DNA from: Podarcis muralis
Taxonomy: Eukaryota
Assembly (NCBI RefSeq): GCF_964188315.1
Contig: NC_135670.1
Location: forward strand, 23,994,001 to 24,058,000
DNA: 64,000 nucleotides
Direction of reading: 5' to 3'
Position 1 is the first letter of the stretch; each line of letters starts with the position of its first letter. This document shows positions 36,480-49,289 of the stretch, in pieces. Position numbers and translations under genes: made by a program. Below the pieces are notes generated by a model, which worked only from the letters and a program-made list of their open reading frames with translations, had not been told where the DNA came from and ran no database searches.

Positions 36480-36676
36480 TCCGAGGGCCTTCTGGTGGCT
36501 CCCTCCCTGCGAGAAGTGAGGTTGCAGGGAACCAGGCAGAGGGCCTTCTTGGTAGTGGCACCCACCCTGTGGAACGCCCTCCCATCAGATATCAAGGAAA
36601 TAAAAAACTATATGACATTTAGAAGACATCTGAAAGCAGCCCTGTATCGGGAAGCTTTAAATGTTTGATATTATTT

Positions 36677-36716
<40 letters not shown>

Positions 36717-36734
36717 TTATTATTATTATTATTA
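36480..36734 (+). mobile_element. L2 LINE 3' fragment with (TTTA)n tail
   Basis: Matches 34.49-34.68 kb. Confidence 0.82.
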
Positions 36735-37082
36735 AAGGTAAAGGGACCCCTGACCATTAGGTCCAGTCACGGACGACTCTGGGGTTGCGGCGCTCATCTC
36801 GCTTTATTGGCCGAGGGAGCCGGTGTACAGCTTCCGGGTCATGTGGCCAGCATGACTAAGCCGCTTCTGGCGAACCAGAGCAGCACACAGAACCACCGTT
36901 TACCTTCCCGCCAGAGCAGTACCTATTTATCTACTTGCACTGGCATGCTTTCGAACTGCTAGGTTGGCAGGAGCAGGGACCGAGCAACGGGAGCTCACCC
37001 CGTCACAGAGATTCGAACCGCCGACCTTCTGATCGGCAAGTCCTAGGCTCTGTGGTTTAACCCACAGCACCACCCGCGTCCC
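36735..37082 (-). mobile_element. Sauria SINE
   Basis: Full head, core and tail, flanked by (ATT)n. Confidence 0.88.
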
Positions 37083-37122
37083 TTATTATTATTATTAATA
37101 TATTTTATATCTCTCACCCCAG

Positions 37123-37544
37123 GTACCTTCCTGCAGGAGGAGCGCCTGGACTCGTTAACCTTGCTCTGCCTCACCTCCCTGCCCAGCTTCTACATCCTCT
37201 TTGCGGCCGCCCTGGTCCTTGAGGTGGGGCCCGCCTGGGACGGCACCCTGGCCTACGGAGGGGGTCTCTGGGCCTGTGTCCTGCTCAGCTGCCTGGGCTC
37301 GGTGCTGTACAACTTGGCCAGCTTCTACGTCATCTCGCTGACGTCGGCCCTCACCATCCACGTCCTGGGGAACTTCAACGTGGTGGGCAACCTCCTGCTC
37401 TCCCACTTCCTCTTTGGCAGCCGCCTGACGCTGCTCAGCTACGCGGGCATCGCCCTCACCCTCTCCGGGGTCTTCATGTACCATCACTGTGACTCCATCG
37501 CCTCCTGCTGGCGCTCCAGGGGTGGGCGGGGCAAAGAGGAGTAA
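37123..37544 (+). CDS. SLC35E4: SLC35E4 terminal coding exon ([15 protein letters not shown]...LYNLASF...[11 protein letters not shown]...GKEE*)
   Basis: ccccag acceptor, phase 1 matches; TAA stop. Confidence 0.95.
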
Positions 37545-40027
37545 GCGGAGAGAGGGAGGACGTGATTGGAGCTGTGACTGCCAAGCGCGGGAGCTGTAGG
37601 GCCAATGGGGTAGGGGGCCTGCCCTGCCAACCCCAGCCTGCTCTTGTCTAGCCCCCATCTGGTCCAGGAGGGTTGGCACTGGCTGCCCGCTTCCTGCTCC
37701 CTGGTCTCAGTGTCGCTCAGCCGGGAGGAGGACGGGGACAAAACTAGAATGAGTTGACTCAGCCTGCTCTCTGGCGCCACCTACTGTTGGGCTCCCTGCT
37801 TTCTGCCCTACCGGTGGGCACCGGCCGCCACGGGGAGTTAGGGTGACTCTGAATACCCGTTGTTGGGAATTGCAGGTGGGCAGAGTGTCGGTTTGCTCAG
37901 GTCCCGCTTGCAAGCTTCCAATTGGGGCATCTGGTTGGCCACTGTGAGAACATGATGCTGGACTAGATGGGCTTGATTCAGCAGAGTTGCTCTTATGTTC
38001 TTACACCACCACTGCAGGCGGTGGCACTGCCGGCCAGCTTCCTCCCCTCGGTGTTGCCCTTGCGGAACTGCAGAAAGGAGGACGGGGACAAAAGCTGCAG
38101 TGAGTTGGCTCTGCCTGTCGTTGGCTGTGGCGCCACCTACTGTTGGGCCTCCCTGCTTTCTGTCCTGCCAATCCCAATGGGTGCCAGCCACTACTGCCGA
38201 AGGTGTGCCTCTCCTCTCTGATGGATCATAGCATGCCTCTGGTACGTTGCGGGGGGGACAGTGGGCGCTCATGATCAGCAGATGCCAGAGTTGTGGGAAG
38301 GCTTATCCTCCTCCAAATAACTCAGCCCCACCTGACCCCTGAGCCATTTTACGCACTGGGCAAGAGCTACAGCAGATGGTTTTTAGAGGAAGCCAGGAGG
38401 CGCCACCTCTGCCCACCGAAGGATTTGACGGCAGGGATTAGATGCTGCGTATCTGAATTCTCACCTACATAGAATCTTTTTTTAAAAAAATATTTTTAAA
38501 ATCCCTGCCCCTAGAAAGCCAGCACCTTGGGAGAGAGAGGGTTCTCTTCTCTTTTTCTCCCTGATGTGCTAGATTTCTACATGCAGGTAGTCTCCCCAGC
38601 TCCTCTGAGGCAGATAATTCAAACATGCAGACTCTGGGGAAGAGAGAAGGGAAGAGCGGATCTGCCTCAGCAGAGCCCTCTGGCACCAGCCGCTACTTCT
38701 CATAGGGCTAAAAATTGGGGGAAACTAAGTGTTTCCTTCTTTTTAAAAAATGTTGAGACTTGAATGTGTGCTGGAGTGCACCTCTGATCTCCGCAAGCCG
38801 CTTGGCAGCCATGCCAATTCTCGTGCCAGTTCCTCTCCAACCCCTGCGAGGGCACTGTGGGATTGATGCCCGCAGAGGGAGGTGGCACAGAGTTCCTCCT
38901 TTCCTTGGGCAGGGCTCCCCACTTGGTACTAAAGTACTGAATGAGGAGCTCCCATATAGGAGGAACATGGAGATGAAAAGTGGGGTGTTCAGGGTCGTGT
39001 GTGTGTGTGTGTGTGTGTGTCTATTTCCGTTCTCTACTGCCATCTGGTGGGGTGGCGTATAGTGCAATTTTTATGGATGGATGTTTTATTTCTGTGCTGC
39101 CTGCTAGTGGATTAAGGGTGTGTGTTTGAGAGAGAGAGAGAGAGAGAGCGTGCATGCACATTTGCTTATGAGTAGACACCCATTAGTATTTCCTTATCCT
39201 CACTGGGCTACAACAAGGATCAGGAGATCTGCAGCCCTCCGGTTTCCGTTGGACTACAGCTCCCATCAGCCCCAGCCATCCTTGTCAATGGTTAGGGATG
39301 ATGGGAATTGTAGTCCCAGCATCTAGAGGACTATAGAGGTCCCTCCGTTCCTGGACTAGGTAACTCCTCAGGGTGCTCATTTGCTTTTGGTGGATGAAGA
39401 AAATCTTTACTGTTTGGCCTGTGTGGATATATTCGAAGGGCATTTTCCACCTGCCTACCAGATTCACTGGAAATCCTCTGATGAATGGGCACCCATTAAG
39501 CCCACCGGTAGTGGGTGAAAATGGTCAGTATTACTTTCCATGGGGTAAAATGCTTTTGGACACGTTTGAATTTGTTTACTTGTTGTTGCAGGGTGGGGAT
39601 GCACCCCGTTTTTGAAGGAGTCAAGGTCAATCTGTGCACGCAGATCAAATCACATGGCGCAGAATTGTCTTGGACCAATTTCTGCTTGCACATGGAAGTC
39701 TAGCATGTGAGGGGGGGAGAGTTCTAGCCCACCCAAACTCCCTGGGAGGCTAGCTTTCTACACGCAGGGAAGGGTTCGCTCTGCATACTTTGGTTTCGTT
39801 CCTGCGGTTCGACGTGGAACTCATGTGTCATGTGGTTCACCAGCAAGTGTTGATTGGCTTTCAGCCACCCCTATAGAAGTGGATTGTCATTTCCCCCTTA
39901 CGACACTGGCTGTCTTGCATTGCGTTTTACATGTTCTCCAAGCGGAGGCTAATGTACATATCTGTAATGTCTGCAAGATGTGCCAATGTCGGCTTGCTGT
40001 CATTTATAGCAAAGGGGGTTCGATAAT

Positions 40028-40030
<3 letters not shown>

Positions 40031-40064
<34 letters not shown>
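40031..40064. repeat. (GT)n microsatellite
   Basis: Read directly. Confidence 0.95.
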
Positions 40065-40066
<2 letters not shown>

Positions 40067-42092
40067 GGTCAGGCTTCTCTGACCTGGCGCTCTCCAGATG
40101 TTTTGTTCTTCCATTTCTACCAGACCCTACCAGCACAGCTGTTTTGAACTACAACTACAGCCATTCTGGCTGGGGGCTGCTGGGAGCTGTAGTCAAAACA
40201 TCTAAGAGGATGTTTTGGAGGAAGACTGGGTTCCGGATATCAAGGGCAGAGCCAACACATTCGTCCCTGGTGAAAAGGCTGTGGATACAGGCGTTTCCCT
40301 ACTCAAGTGTAAAGGGAAACATAAAGGCTGAACTGACCCCCACATAGCCTGCCAGAATCAATTTGGTGCAGCAGAAAGAACTGTTAGCAGATTAATAAGA
40401 TTGCCACTAGAAGGCTAGCCGTGAACACTCAGCAGCGCTGGGTGGGTGTGTGGCCAAATGTTTTTGCCAGTGTGTAAATTATTCAACTTTTTTTTATTTA
40501 CCATATGTGTGTGTCTTTTTTGGGAGGGGGGAAGGGTCGAATTAGGTTCAGCCCTAGCCACTTTTGTGCCTGAGATAAAAATTTGCAAGGCACCACCTTT
40601 GTCCACTGACATGAGGAAAAGTTAATATGACGATTCCTCTGGATATGTTCATATAGGGCTGAGTAAAAGTGTTTGAAAGTGCTGGTGGATCAGGTCTGTC
40701 TGTCCTACTAGTACCCAAAATATATCGGCTGGAACAGCCACTCCTAGTGTCTGCCCTCTGTCCACTGTCGGAGGCAGTATGCAGGGGAAGGTAGAAAAAA
40801 ACCACCACTGTTGAGGAATTATTGGGCTCCTCACAATACCATTTGTTTCATAAAACCAGATTTCTACGGTGTGAGGTGGGCCCTGTGTCATTGTTAACTG
40901 CTGCCTGAGTTGTCCATAAAGCACAAGGTATTTTGTGACAACCGGAGTGGTGTAGTTGTGAAAAGTGTCTAATCGGGACCCAGGGAAATTTGAGGTCCTT
41001 TCCTCACACAGCCTCAATACAGGCCAGTCACTCTTTGGACATAACTATCCTGGCTTCATACCCCATGGTTTTTGAATTCTGGCTAGTAACAGAAAGCCAC
41101 AGTTTCGTGTGTAATGGGAAACTGTGGTTTGGTTCACCAGTATTAACACAGGAAGCTGCCTCACACAGAATCAGAGACTGCCGGTCCACCTAGCTCAGAA
41201 TTGCCTACGCGGGCTATCAGCGACTCTCTAGAGTTTCAGATCTGAGACATCACCACCAGCCCTACCTGGAAATGCCAGGGATTGAACCCACGGCCTTCTG
41301 CTTGCAAGGCAGATGTTCTGCCACTGAGCTACGGCCCTTTCCTTGAAGCCACCAGGGGAGGGGAAGGAGTGTGGAGGCTCAGTTTCACAAACCATGGTTT
41401 CCAAAGCCAGGATCATTATATCCCGACTGACAGTGTCCGTCAGCTTAGCCTACCTCACAGGGTTGTGTGGTGAGCATATTGTGGTAGGCAGAGGACCTCA
41501 TATGCCACGCTGAGGTCCTCAGTGGGAGAGTGTTCACAAAATCACCACCGTAGTGGAGGCATCGCCATTTTTGCACGCACAGCTCTGGGGAATTGTATCT
41601 GTCCGGTTTCCTGTCTGGTGATGCCGTCGCCGCTCTCGCCCCCGACCCTTCCTTCCAGCAGTGAGCGATCCTTGCCGTATCACACCCAGCCTGAACCGTC
41701 CCAGTTAGGGACACGTGTCAAGTTCTCCTTTCGTGAAGCGTCCGGGTCATGCCATCCGATCAACGAGATAACGGGCGACTGAGGGAACCTCTGGCGCAAC
41801 CAGAGCACAAAGGAGGCCAAGCCGGCCTCTCCGGTTTCATTTGCCCTTCAAATAAAGCTCTATTTTTGTCTTACTTGAGCGCTTGTGCTTGTGTCCTTGA
41901 ACGACCCGAGGAAGGGAGGGAAACAGAGATGTGGGCGAGAGGGAGAGCCCACTCCTCCACCTCCAGCAGCTGTTTTGAGAAAAGAAATAGCTCTACATCA
42001 GGAAAGAGGATAATTCCCCAAGGTCTTTGCCCTTCCGTTGCCAGAGAAGGCGGGCGATGCAGGAAAATGCCTGTTCCTGCCCATCACGGATG

Positions 42093-42106
42093 GTTGCCAT
42101 GGCAGC
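42093..42106. promoter_or_regulatory. RFX X-box-like motif GTTGCCATGGCAGC (candidate promoter of the SYNRG-like gene)
   Basis: 13/14 match to GTTGCCATGGCAAC, next to a CpG-enriched patch at about 41570-42250. Confidence 0.5.
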
Positions 42107-42581
42107 CGGTCGCATGAAAGGCTTGCTTTTGCCAGCAGCAAAATCAAGGGGAGGTTTTTCATCCTACACCAGGGGGTGAAGCACCTTTTTCAGCCCAAGG
42201 GCCGTCTTCTCTTCCGGGCAACGGTGCCAGGGGTAGGCGGGACTGGAGGCAAAGATGCGAGGAGAAACAAATACGAGTTTTGACTTATATATACTAGGCA
42301 GGTTCCTACTCACGTTCAAACACAGCTCCATCTGCCGTTCAGGCAAGCAGGAGGCATTATCAGAGTTCAAGGGCACATTCCAGCCTGGCAAAAACACTCA
42401 AGGCCAGATAGGAAGCAAAGCTGGTGAAGGACAGGGCCTGGGGACAGGGAGTGTAGCCTGGAGAGCATTCCAAGAGCCAGATAGGCCTGGAGGGTCACAC
42501 TGACTCCCCCCCAGGCCTGAGGTTCCTTACCCCCCAATGTATGGAATAAATGGAGGCGGCAGATCAAGCCAAATCTTAGGC

Positions 42582-42835
42582 CAGGAGTCAGCAGACTTTT
42601 TCAGCAGGGGGCTGGTCCACTGTCCCTCAGACCTTGTGGGGGGCCAGACTATATTGGGGGGGGGGGGGTAAATGAACGAATTCCTATGCCCCACAAATAA
42701 CCCAGAGATGCATTTTAAATAAAAGCACACATTCTACTCATGTAAAAACACGCTGGTTCCTGGACCGTCTGCGGGCCAAATTTAGAAGGCGATTGGGTCG
42801 AATCCGGCCCCCTGGCCTTAGTTTGCCTACCAATG
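42582..42835. mobile_element. hAT MITE, same family, opposite orientation
   Basis: Reverse complement of 30027-30275; 7/8 TSD tcttagg(c/g). Confidence 0.8.
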
Positions 42836-43789
42836 TCTTAGGGCTTAGGCCATCTGTTCCTCCTCCTCAGATTTCCCTCAGCTGATCTGGCTAGTTTTCT
42901 TACTGAGCTCCTGAGGCAATAAGGAGCTGTCCACTGGCTATATACAGTACTGTATTTTTTGTTCTATAAGACTCACTTTTCCCCTCCTAAAAAGTAAGGG
43001 GAAATGTGTGTGCGTCTTACGGAGCGAATGCAGGCTGCGCAGCTATCCCAGAAGCCAGGAACAGCAAGAGGGATCGCTGCTTTCACTGTGAAGCGATCCC
43101 TCTTATTGTTCTGGCTTCTGAGATTCAGAATATTTTTTTGTGTGTTTTCCTCCTCCAAAAACTAGGTGCGTCTTATGGTCTGGTGTGAAAAATATGGCAT
43201 TTGAGCTGATGTAGGGGAGACCTGGAGCTCTATTGCTTTATCCCAGTTTAAAACAGATCTTTAATTGACCCTGGTTTCCACCCTTCAGTAAGGGGCCCAG
43301 GAAGGCAACGAAAGGGGAAATAATATTGCTTGGTGCTTATTCTCCTTTGCCTCTCGCCCTTCCCCCCTCTCCCAATTTGGATTAACAAGATTAACGTCTT
43401 GGCATGATCTCGCCCTCCCGGGAGCTGCACAGCATGGGGAACATTCTGTTCCTGGTTTGTCACCTTCTTTCTTCAGCAGGGCTCCTGTGCCTTTCAACGC
43501 TGGAACCCTAGCAGAAATGCAGGATCCTTATGGCAGGGAATGTCACACGGGACAGACGTCCGTCCTGCATGCGGCAGTCGAGCGCATCGGAGCTCTAAAA
43601 GGAAATGGAAAGTGGGCAAGAGATTTAGGGCAAGGGATCCCCAAAGCTGCCGCACACAGAGCAATGGGGGGCTTTGTAAACACTGTACATTTAAAGCACC
43701 ATGTTAAACTTTTGTGCAAACAAGTCAGGATGGAGGCTGAATAGAGGGGCCATTTAAAAGAGCTCCTAGTTTAGCACTCAGATCTCTGG

Positions 43790-44148
43790 ATGAATGTGGG
43801 TGGTGCTGTGGGTTAAACCACAGAGCCTAGGACTTGCTAATCAGAAGGTTGGCAGTTCAAATCCCCATGATGGGGTGAGCTCCTGTTGCTCGGTCCCTGC
43901 TCCTGCCAACCTAGCAGTTTGAAAGCACGTCAAAGTGCAAATAGATAAATAGGTACCACTCCGGCGGGAATGTAACCGGCGTTTCTGTGTGCTGCTCTGG
44001 TTCACCAGAAGCGACTTAGTCATGCTGGCCACATGACCTGGAAGCTGTACGCTGGCTCCCTCGGCCAATAAAGCGAGATGAGCGCCGCAACCCCAGAGTC
44101 GGCCACGACTGGACCTAATGGTCAGGGGTCCCTTTACCTTTACCTTTA
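43790..44148 (+). mobile_element. Sauria SINE
   Basis: Matches the other copies. Confidence 0.88.
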
Positions 44149-44192
44149 CTCTGGATGAACAGAGGGTGCTTTCAGACTGTTGCTGTTTTCAG

Positions 44193-44270
44193 GTGAGATT
44201 CAGTCACTTCCTGACAAAAAGATTAGACTTTTTGCAATAATGAAAGTTGTGGGGGAATGCACTGGAAACG
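44193..44270 (+). other. Tentative upstream exon of the SYNRG-like gene (GEIQSLPDKKIRLFAIMKVVGECTGN)
   Basis: ttttcag acceptor, ACG|gtgaga donor, open in only one frame; coding status unresolved. Confidence 0.35.
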
Positions 44271-45640
44271 GTGAGAAAACCCTTGTTTCGATGCCACATC
44301 ATCTAAGCTCCCCAACATACAAATTAGAATGGATCTCGTTAAACAGCCAACGTCGTGCGATCTCACTGCAAATAAATAGCCAACATCGTCTAACCTCCCT
44401 GAAAATGAATCAGGATTGATGCTCAAGAAACTGGTCACCTGGAGGCACTAACAATCCTGCTATGCTACACCAGGTTTTGTAGTTCTTATTTATTTTCCTA
44501 CACCCTGTACAAATCACCTTTAAGGACAAGGACTCTCAAGGTAGCACACAATTTTTAATAAATGATGTAATAAAAGCACGTTAAAAACTACTGAAAACAG
44601 CTGCAAAATAAAAGAGTTAAAAACCAGCAACAGATAAACGCATTCTTGGCTTTAGCTTTTCGGAACACGGTGGACATGGTGATATGAGGCTTTTCCTATT
44701 TTGGAAATATTTGTTCGCTGCTTATCTGTGTGTCTGAATTCTTACAGCTAGTTGGAATAGACATCTGGCTTTCTGTAAACACAGTGGAGCTCTTTGGTTT
44801 ATATCCTTGTGCCCAAGTTGCCACTTTTCCATCCTGGCTGTGCTCCTCCTCCTCTAACAGCAGACAGAGCAACACAAATAATTTAGGCAGGGGAGTTTTT
44901 TCCTGGCAGGGAGATAATGTGTTACCTGCTTAATTACATCATGGTTGCCATTGCTTAAGACAGAATGCTTTGTTGGCAACCCTACATTTATATAAACCAA
45001 ATATAATAAACATATTGAAGCAGTTCATATAAAAAGCAGTAACATAAGCATGCCTATATTATAGTTCTTCAAAGAGAAACATTAACAGTGCAATCCTAAC
45101 CTAATGTCTACTCAAAAGTAAGTCCTATTGAATCCAGAGAGCTTACTTCCGGTCAAGCAGGGTAGAGAATGCAGCCTTAAACACTACACTGTGTTTTAAA
45201 GTGTTCCAGTTATTCAACAGACATTTAAAGCACATGATTTCCCCCGACAGAATCCTGCGAACTTTAGTTTCCTCGCAGAGCTAGAGTTTCCAACACTTTG
45301 AACAAACGACAGTTCCCAGAATTGTTTGAGAGAAGTCTTCTGCTTTAAATTTATGGTGTGGATCTGTCCTTAATTTATTGAGAGGAATGAATTTATTGAG
45401 TTGTGGCAAACCTGGCGCCTTGTGAACTCTCACTCTGCAATGCGCCTGAGAGCCGCAGGAGATTACACTGAGCTCAGGTGGGAAAACTGGCCTGCTCAGA
45501 ATCCAGAGTTTGTCAGCTGACTCTGGAGTAGCACAAAGCAAACTTCCTGTAGACAGTAAAGAATCAGCCAGGTTCCTGTTCAGTACTTTTCCTTTGGAGA
45601 TAGGAATAAAGTCATTTGCTTGCCCACATATCTCATCCAG

Positions 45641-45687
45641 AAAACACCTTTGAATTCCAGCTGCAGAGGACTTACCTGTCTCTCCAG
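45641..45687 (+). other. Tentative upstream exon of the SYNRG-like gene (47 nt)
   Basis: catccag acceptor, CAG|gtaggt donor; frame ambiguous. Confidence 0.45.
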
Positions 45688-46807
45688 GTAGGTCAAGGGC
45701 TTCTCTCCTACATTACAGGAGTTTAAAGAAGCTGTGGATTTTGTTTCGAGGTGGACTGACAGGTGTGTGTGTGTGTGTGTGTTGCCGGAGAGAGAAATTC
45801 AGAGCAATAAGAATGTGTAGTGTGCTCAAAACCCTTGAAGCCATGCTTAATTGTTTGGTTTGTTTTTTAAAAAGCAGTAAGTGCTGCATTCTGGCATCCA
45901 AGAAATCTATCCCCTTTGGGTGTGGAGGAATTACATCAGCCTTCCCCAACCTGGTGCTCTCCAGATGGTTTGGACTGCAGTGCCCACCAGCCCTCGGGCA
46001 GGGATGATGGGAACGACAGGCCAAAACATCTGGAAACTGCCAGGTTGAGCGCCGGCTGCATTAAACACTCAGATGTGAAGTTAGCAGCCAGGCTGTTTAG
46101 AAGCGAGGGGAAAGCACACCTTTCAGCTGTCTGTCTGCTGCAAACAGCGGGAATTAGTGGCTGTTTTTATCTCCACACTCCTGTGTTTCCTTGAACGCTT
46201 AACAAACCTGCTGGGTAAGAAAAAAACTTTCGTGGACCACTGCCTGCTTTGTCAAGATGCAGTCTTAAAGGTGCCAGTAGACTCTTTTGGGTTTTCTTTT
46301 CACTGCAGAAAAACCAGATCATTCTGTTCTTCTGTGTACATAGCCTTTCATTAAAGTCCTGGCCCATCTAGCTTAGTATTGTCTACACTGACTGGCAGCA
46401 GCAACTCTCCAGAGTTTCAGACAGGGGACATTCCCTGCCCTACCTAGGATCTTCTGCATGCAAAGCAGATGCTCTACCATTCAGCTACCATCCTTCCCCT
46501 AAAAATGAATTAAGATCCTAGTCCTTATGGTTTTAAAAGTGGCAGAGCGTGCAGGGCAGATGCTCTACCACTGAGCTACAACTCATACTCCTCCAGTGTC
46601 TTCAACAGATGCACGGCACCCAGAAATATAGCTGGCAAAGCTTTCCCTGGTATGGTGATAAAGAAATGGGGAAAGATTCAGCAGCTACACTTATTTTATG
46701 TTAATCTGCCCATGGCCAGAGGCAGAGGAAGAGGGGAAATGGTTGGTGAAACCCCGCCACCACTTACAGTTTACATCACTCTTAACTTCTTCCTCTTTCC
46801 TGTCAAG

Positions 46808-46862
46808 GCTGATGAATTCTGAGGCTGCCCATCTGATGAGATGCTTGCAGCAGATCCATAAG
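46808..46862 (+). CDS. Synergin gamma C-terminal-like protein, exon A (LMNSEAAHLMRCLQQIHK); candidate ATG at 46812
   Basis: Polypyrimidine tract plus AG, AAG|gtaagg donor; aligns to the recalled SYNRG WQRCL..AL.VI helix. Confidence 0.75.
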
Positions 46863-47018
46863 GTAAGGCTATTGGTGGCTATTAGCCACAGTGTTCGCAT
46901 AACTATAATTAAGGGACCCTTCTGAATTTCCTAGTACGCTACCGTCCCAGGTATGGTGACTGATCTGCCACTACAAGCAGAGGCATATCTTCTCCCCCAC
47001 CCTGTGGAAATAAGTTAG

Positions 47019-47370
47019 GTAAAGGTAAAGGGACCCCTGACCATTAGGTCCAGTCGTGGCCGACTCTGGGGTTGCAGCACTCATCTCGCTTTATTGGCCG
47101 AGGGAGCCGGCGTACAGCTTCCGGGTCATGTGGCCACCATGACTAAGCTGCTTCTGGCGAACCAGAGCAGCGCACGGAAATGCCTTTTACCTTCCTGCTG
47201 GAGCGGTACCTATTTATCTACTTGCACTTTGACGTGCTTTCGAACTGCTAGGTTGGCAAGAGCAGGGACCGAGGAACGGGAGCTCACCCATCACGGGGAT
47301 TCAAATCGCCAACCTTCTGATTGGCAGGTTCTAGGCTCCGTGGTTTAACCCACAGTGCCACCCGCATCCC
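47019..47370 (-). mobile_element. Sauria SINE
   Basis: Matches the other copies. Confidence 0.88.
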
Positions 47371-47649
47371 TGGAAGAAAGTTGGTGCCCTCCAACTGCTT
47401 CGGGCAACTATTTATTCAATTGATTAACTGCTTTCTGCATAAAGAGCCTCTTTAGAACACAAGGCATAACGTCAGATGAAAACACCAGTACATTACAATA
47501 AAATCCATAGAATAACCCTCAAAGAGACCCAGTTAAACAACAGCAAAAGCCTATAATCAATAAACAGCACCATTGTCATCTGTGTAGACTGGGGCTGATG
47601 GAAGTTGTAGTCCAAAACAGCGGGGGGGGGACACAGCTGGAGGTATGGG

Positions 47650-48025
47650 ATGTGGGTAGCGCTGTGGAGTAAACTACTGAGCCTCTTGAGCTTGCCGATA
47701 GGAAGGTCGGCGGTTCAAATCCCCATGGCAGGGTGAGCTCCCATCGCTCTATCCCAACTCCTGCCAACCTAGCAGTTCGAAAGCACACCAGTGCAAGTAG
47801 ATAAATAGGTACCACTGTGGCAGGAAGGTAAACAGCGTTTCCGTGCGCTCTGGTTTCCATCACGGTGTTCCGTTGTGCCAGAAGCGGTTTAGTCCTGCTG
47901 CCCACATGACCCAAAAAGCTGTCTGTGGACAAACGCCGGCTCCCTCAGCCTGAAGGCGAGATGAGCGCCGCAACCCCATAGTCGCCTTTGACTGGACTTA
48001 ACCGTCCAGGGGTCCTTTACCTTTT
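47650..48025 (+). mobile_element. Sauria SINE (variant subfamily with ctgtggacaaac insert)
   Basis: Matches the other copies; longer internal segment. Confidence 0.85.
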
Positions 48026-48802
48026 AGCCTGGTGTGGCTTATATGGGCAGTTTTGAGCCATTGTTCTCTCCTATTCTTACAAGTTAAACCTATGTCCTGT
48101 TTTGCATTCCTTGTTCCTGTCCTTTGTCACTTTCTCCAGTCCATCAGTCTTCTGGAACAAAAAAAACCCTTTCAAATGCTGATTGCAGGATTATTATTTT
48201 TTACTGCCTGGTTGCGTGTTTGGCATCTTCCCCCCTCTGCTGGTTGAACTTAGTCATTGCACCGGCATAAGTGGGTCAGCCCTTTGATTCTTTTCAATTC
48301 TCTTGGGGACTCAGCGCCCTTCAAAGAAGTGTGCTTTATGTGTTGCATAACTTTGGTTTTTGCTCACAGGTTCTGGTTTGAAAAGTGTATTGTTTTTCCT
48401 TTTCTGTGGCAAGCGTCAAGTCTGGAGGGAGAGAAGCCACTCATCATCTTATATAGGAACCAACAGATTGGAGAAATAGTAATTTTGGGTTTGCTTGAAG
48501 CCCTAAGAGAGGGTTTTTTTAAAGTCTCTCTCAAATCTCTGTTTAATTCCTGCACATTCAACAGATGCAGCCAGGACAAAACTGCTTTTCCAACTCTTCT
48601 TTGGCTAAATATTTGTTCTTCCCAAAACCAGTTTCTGAATGATGGGCTGGACCAGGCCCTGAATGTGGCCCTGAAGTCCTGTTGTGTTTTTTTTTGAAAT
48701 GTTTAATCTTTTGTTGTTGTTGTTAACTTTGTGTTAAATATGTATTCTGTAGTTGACCACCTTTGTAATGTTTTATTCTGAAATCTTTAGGATAATATTT
48801 TA

Positions 48803-49106
48803 AAAAGGTAAAGGGACCACTGACCATTAGGTCCAGTCGTGGCTGACTCTGGTCCCTGCTCCTGCCAACCTAGAAGTTCGAAAGCACATCAAAGTGCAAG
48901 TAGATAAATAGGTACCGTTCCGGCGGGAAGGTAAACGGCGTTTCCGTGTGCTGCTCTGGTTCACCAGAAGCGGCTTAGTCATGCTGCCCACATGACCCGG
49001 AAGCTGTACGTCGGCTCCCTCGGCCAATAAAGTGAGATGAGCGCCGCAACCCCAGAGTTGGTCACGACTGGACCTAATGGTCAGGGGTAACTTTACCTTT
49101 ACCTTA
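48803..49106. mobile_element. Rearranged Sauria SINE with 3' tails at both ends (foldback)
   Basis: About 45 nt of reverse-complement tail followed by a plus-strand body and tail. Confidence 0.8.
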
Positions 49107-49289
49107 CAATGTCTGCATGGTTCAAAAGCTCACTTTTGTCGCATGGCCTTAGGAGTGTTGCTGTTTGGATTGCTGTGACGACTGCCTGCATTTCAGAGTT
49201 TGCTGTTGCTAGTGATCCAGCTCTGGTGTGCAGAGATGAACATACCAAGGACTTTGGTTGCAGTATCTTTCTCCCTCTTTCCCCTGCAG

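Noticed and set aside
41282-41340. tRNA-like sequence (also 19545-19610, 51800-51850, 51985-52040)
   Set aside because: A/B boxes present but no complete cloverleaf; followed by the shared SINE body, so tRNA-derived SINE heads
43477-43612. Possible further SYNRG-like exon after a cttcagcag acceptor
   Set aside because: Only a weak donor (AA|gtgggc), and its phase does not fit the next candidate exon
46809-46829. LMNSEAA in SYNRG-like exon A resembles the recalled human C5orf52 LMNSSEAA
   Set aside because: Seven-residue match with no flanking similarity; the lizard C5orf52-like reads LLSGSEAV; coincidence
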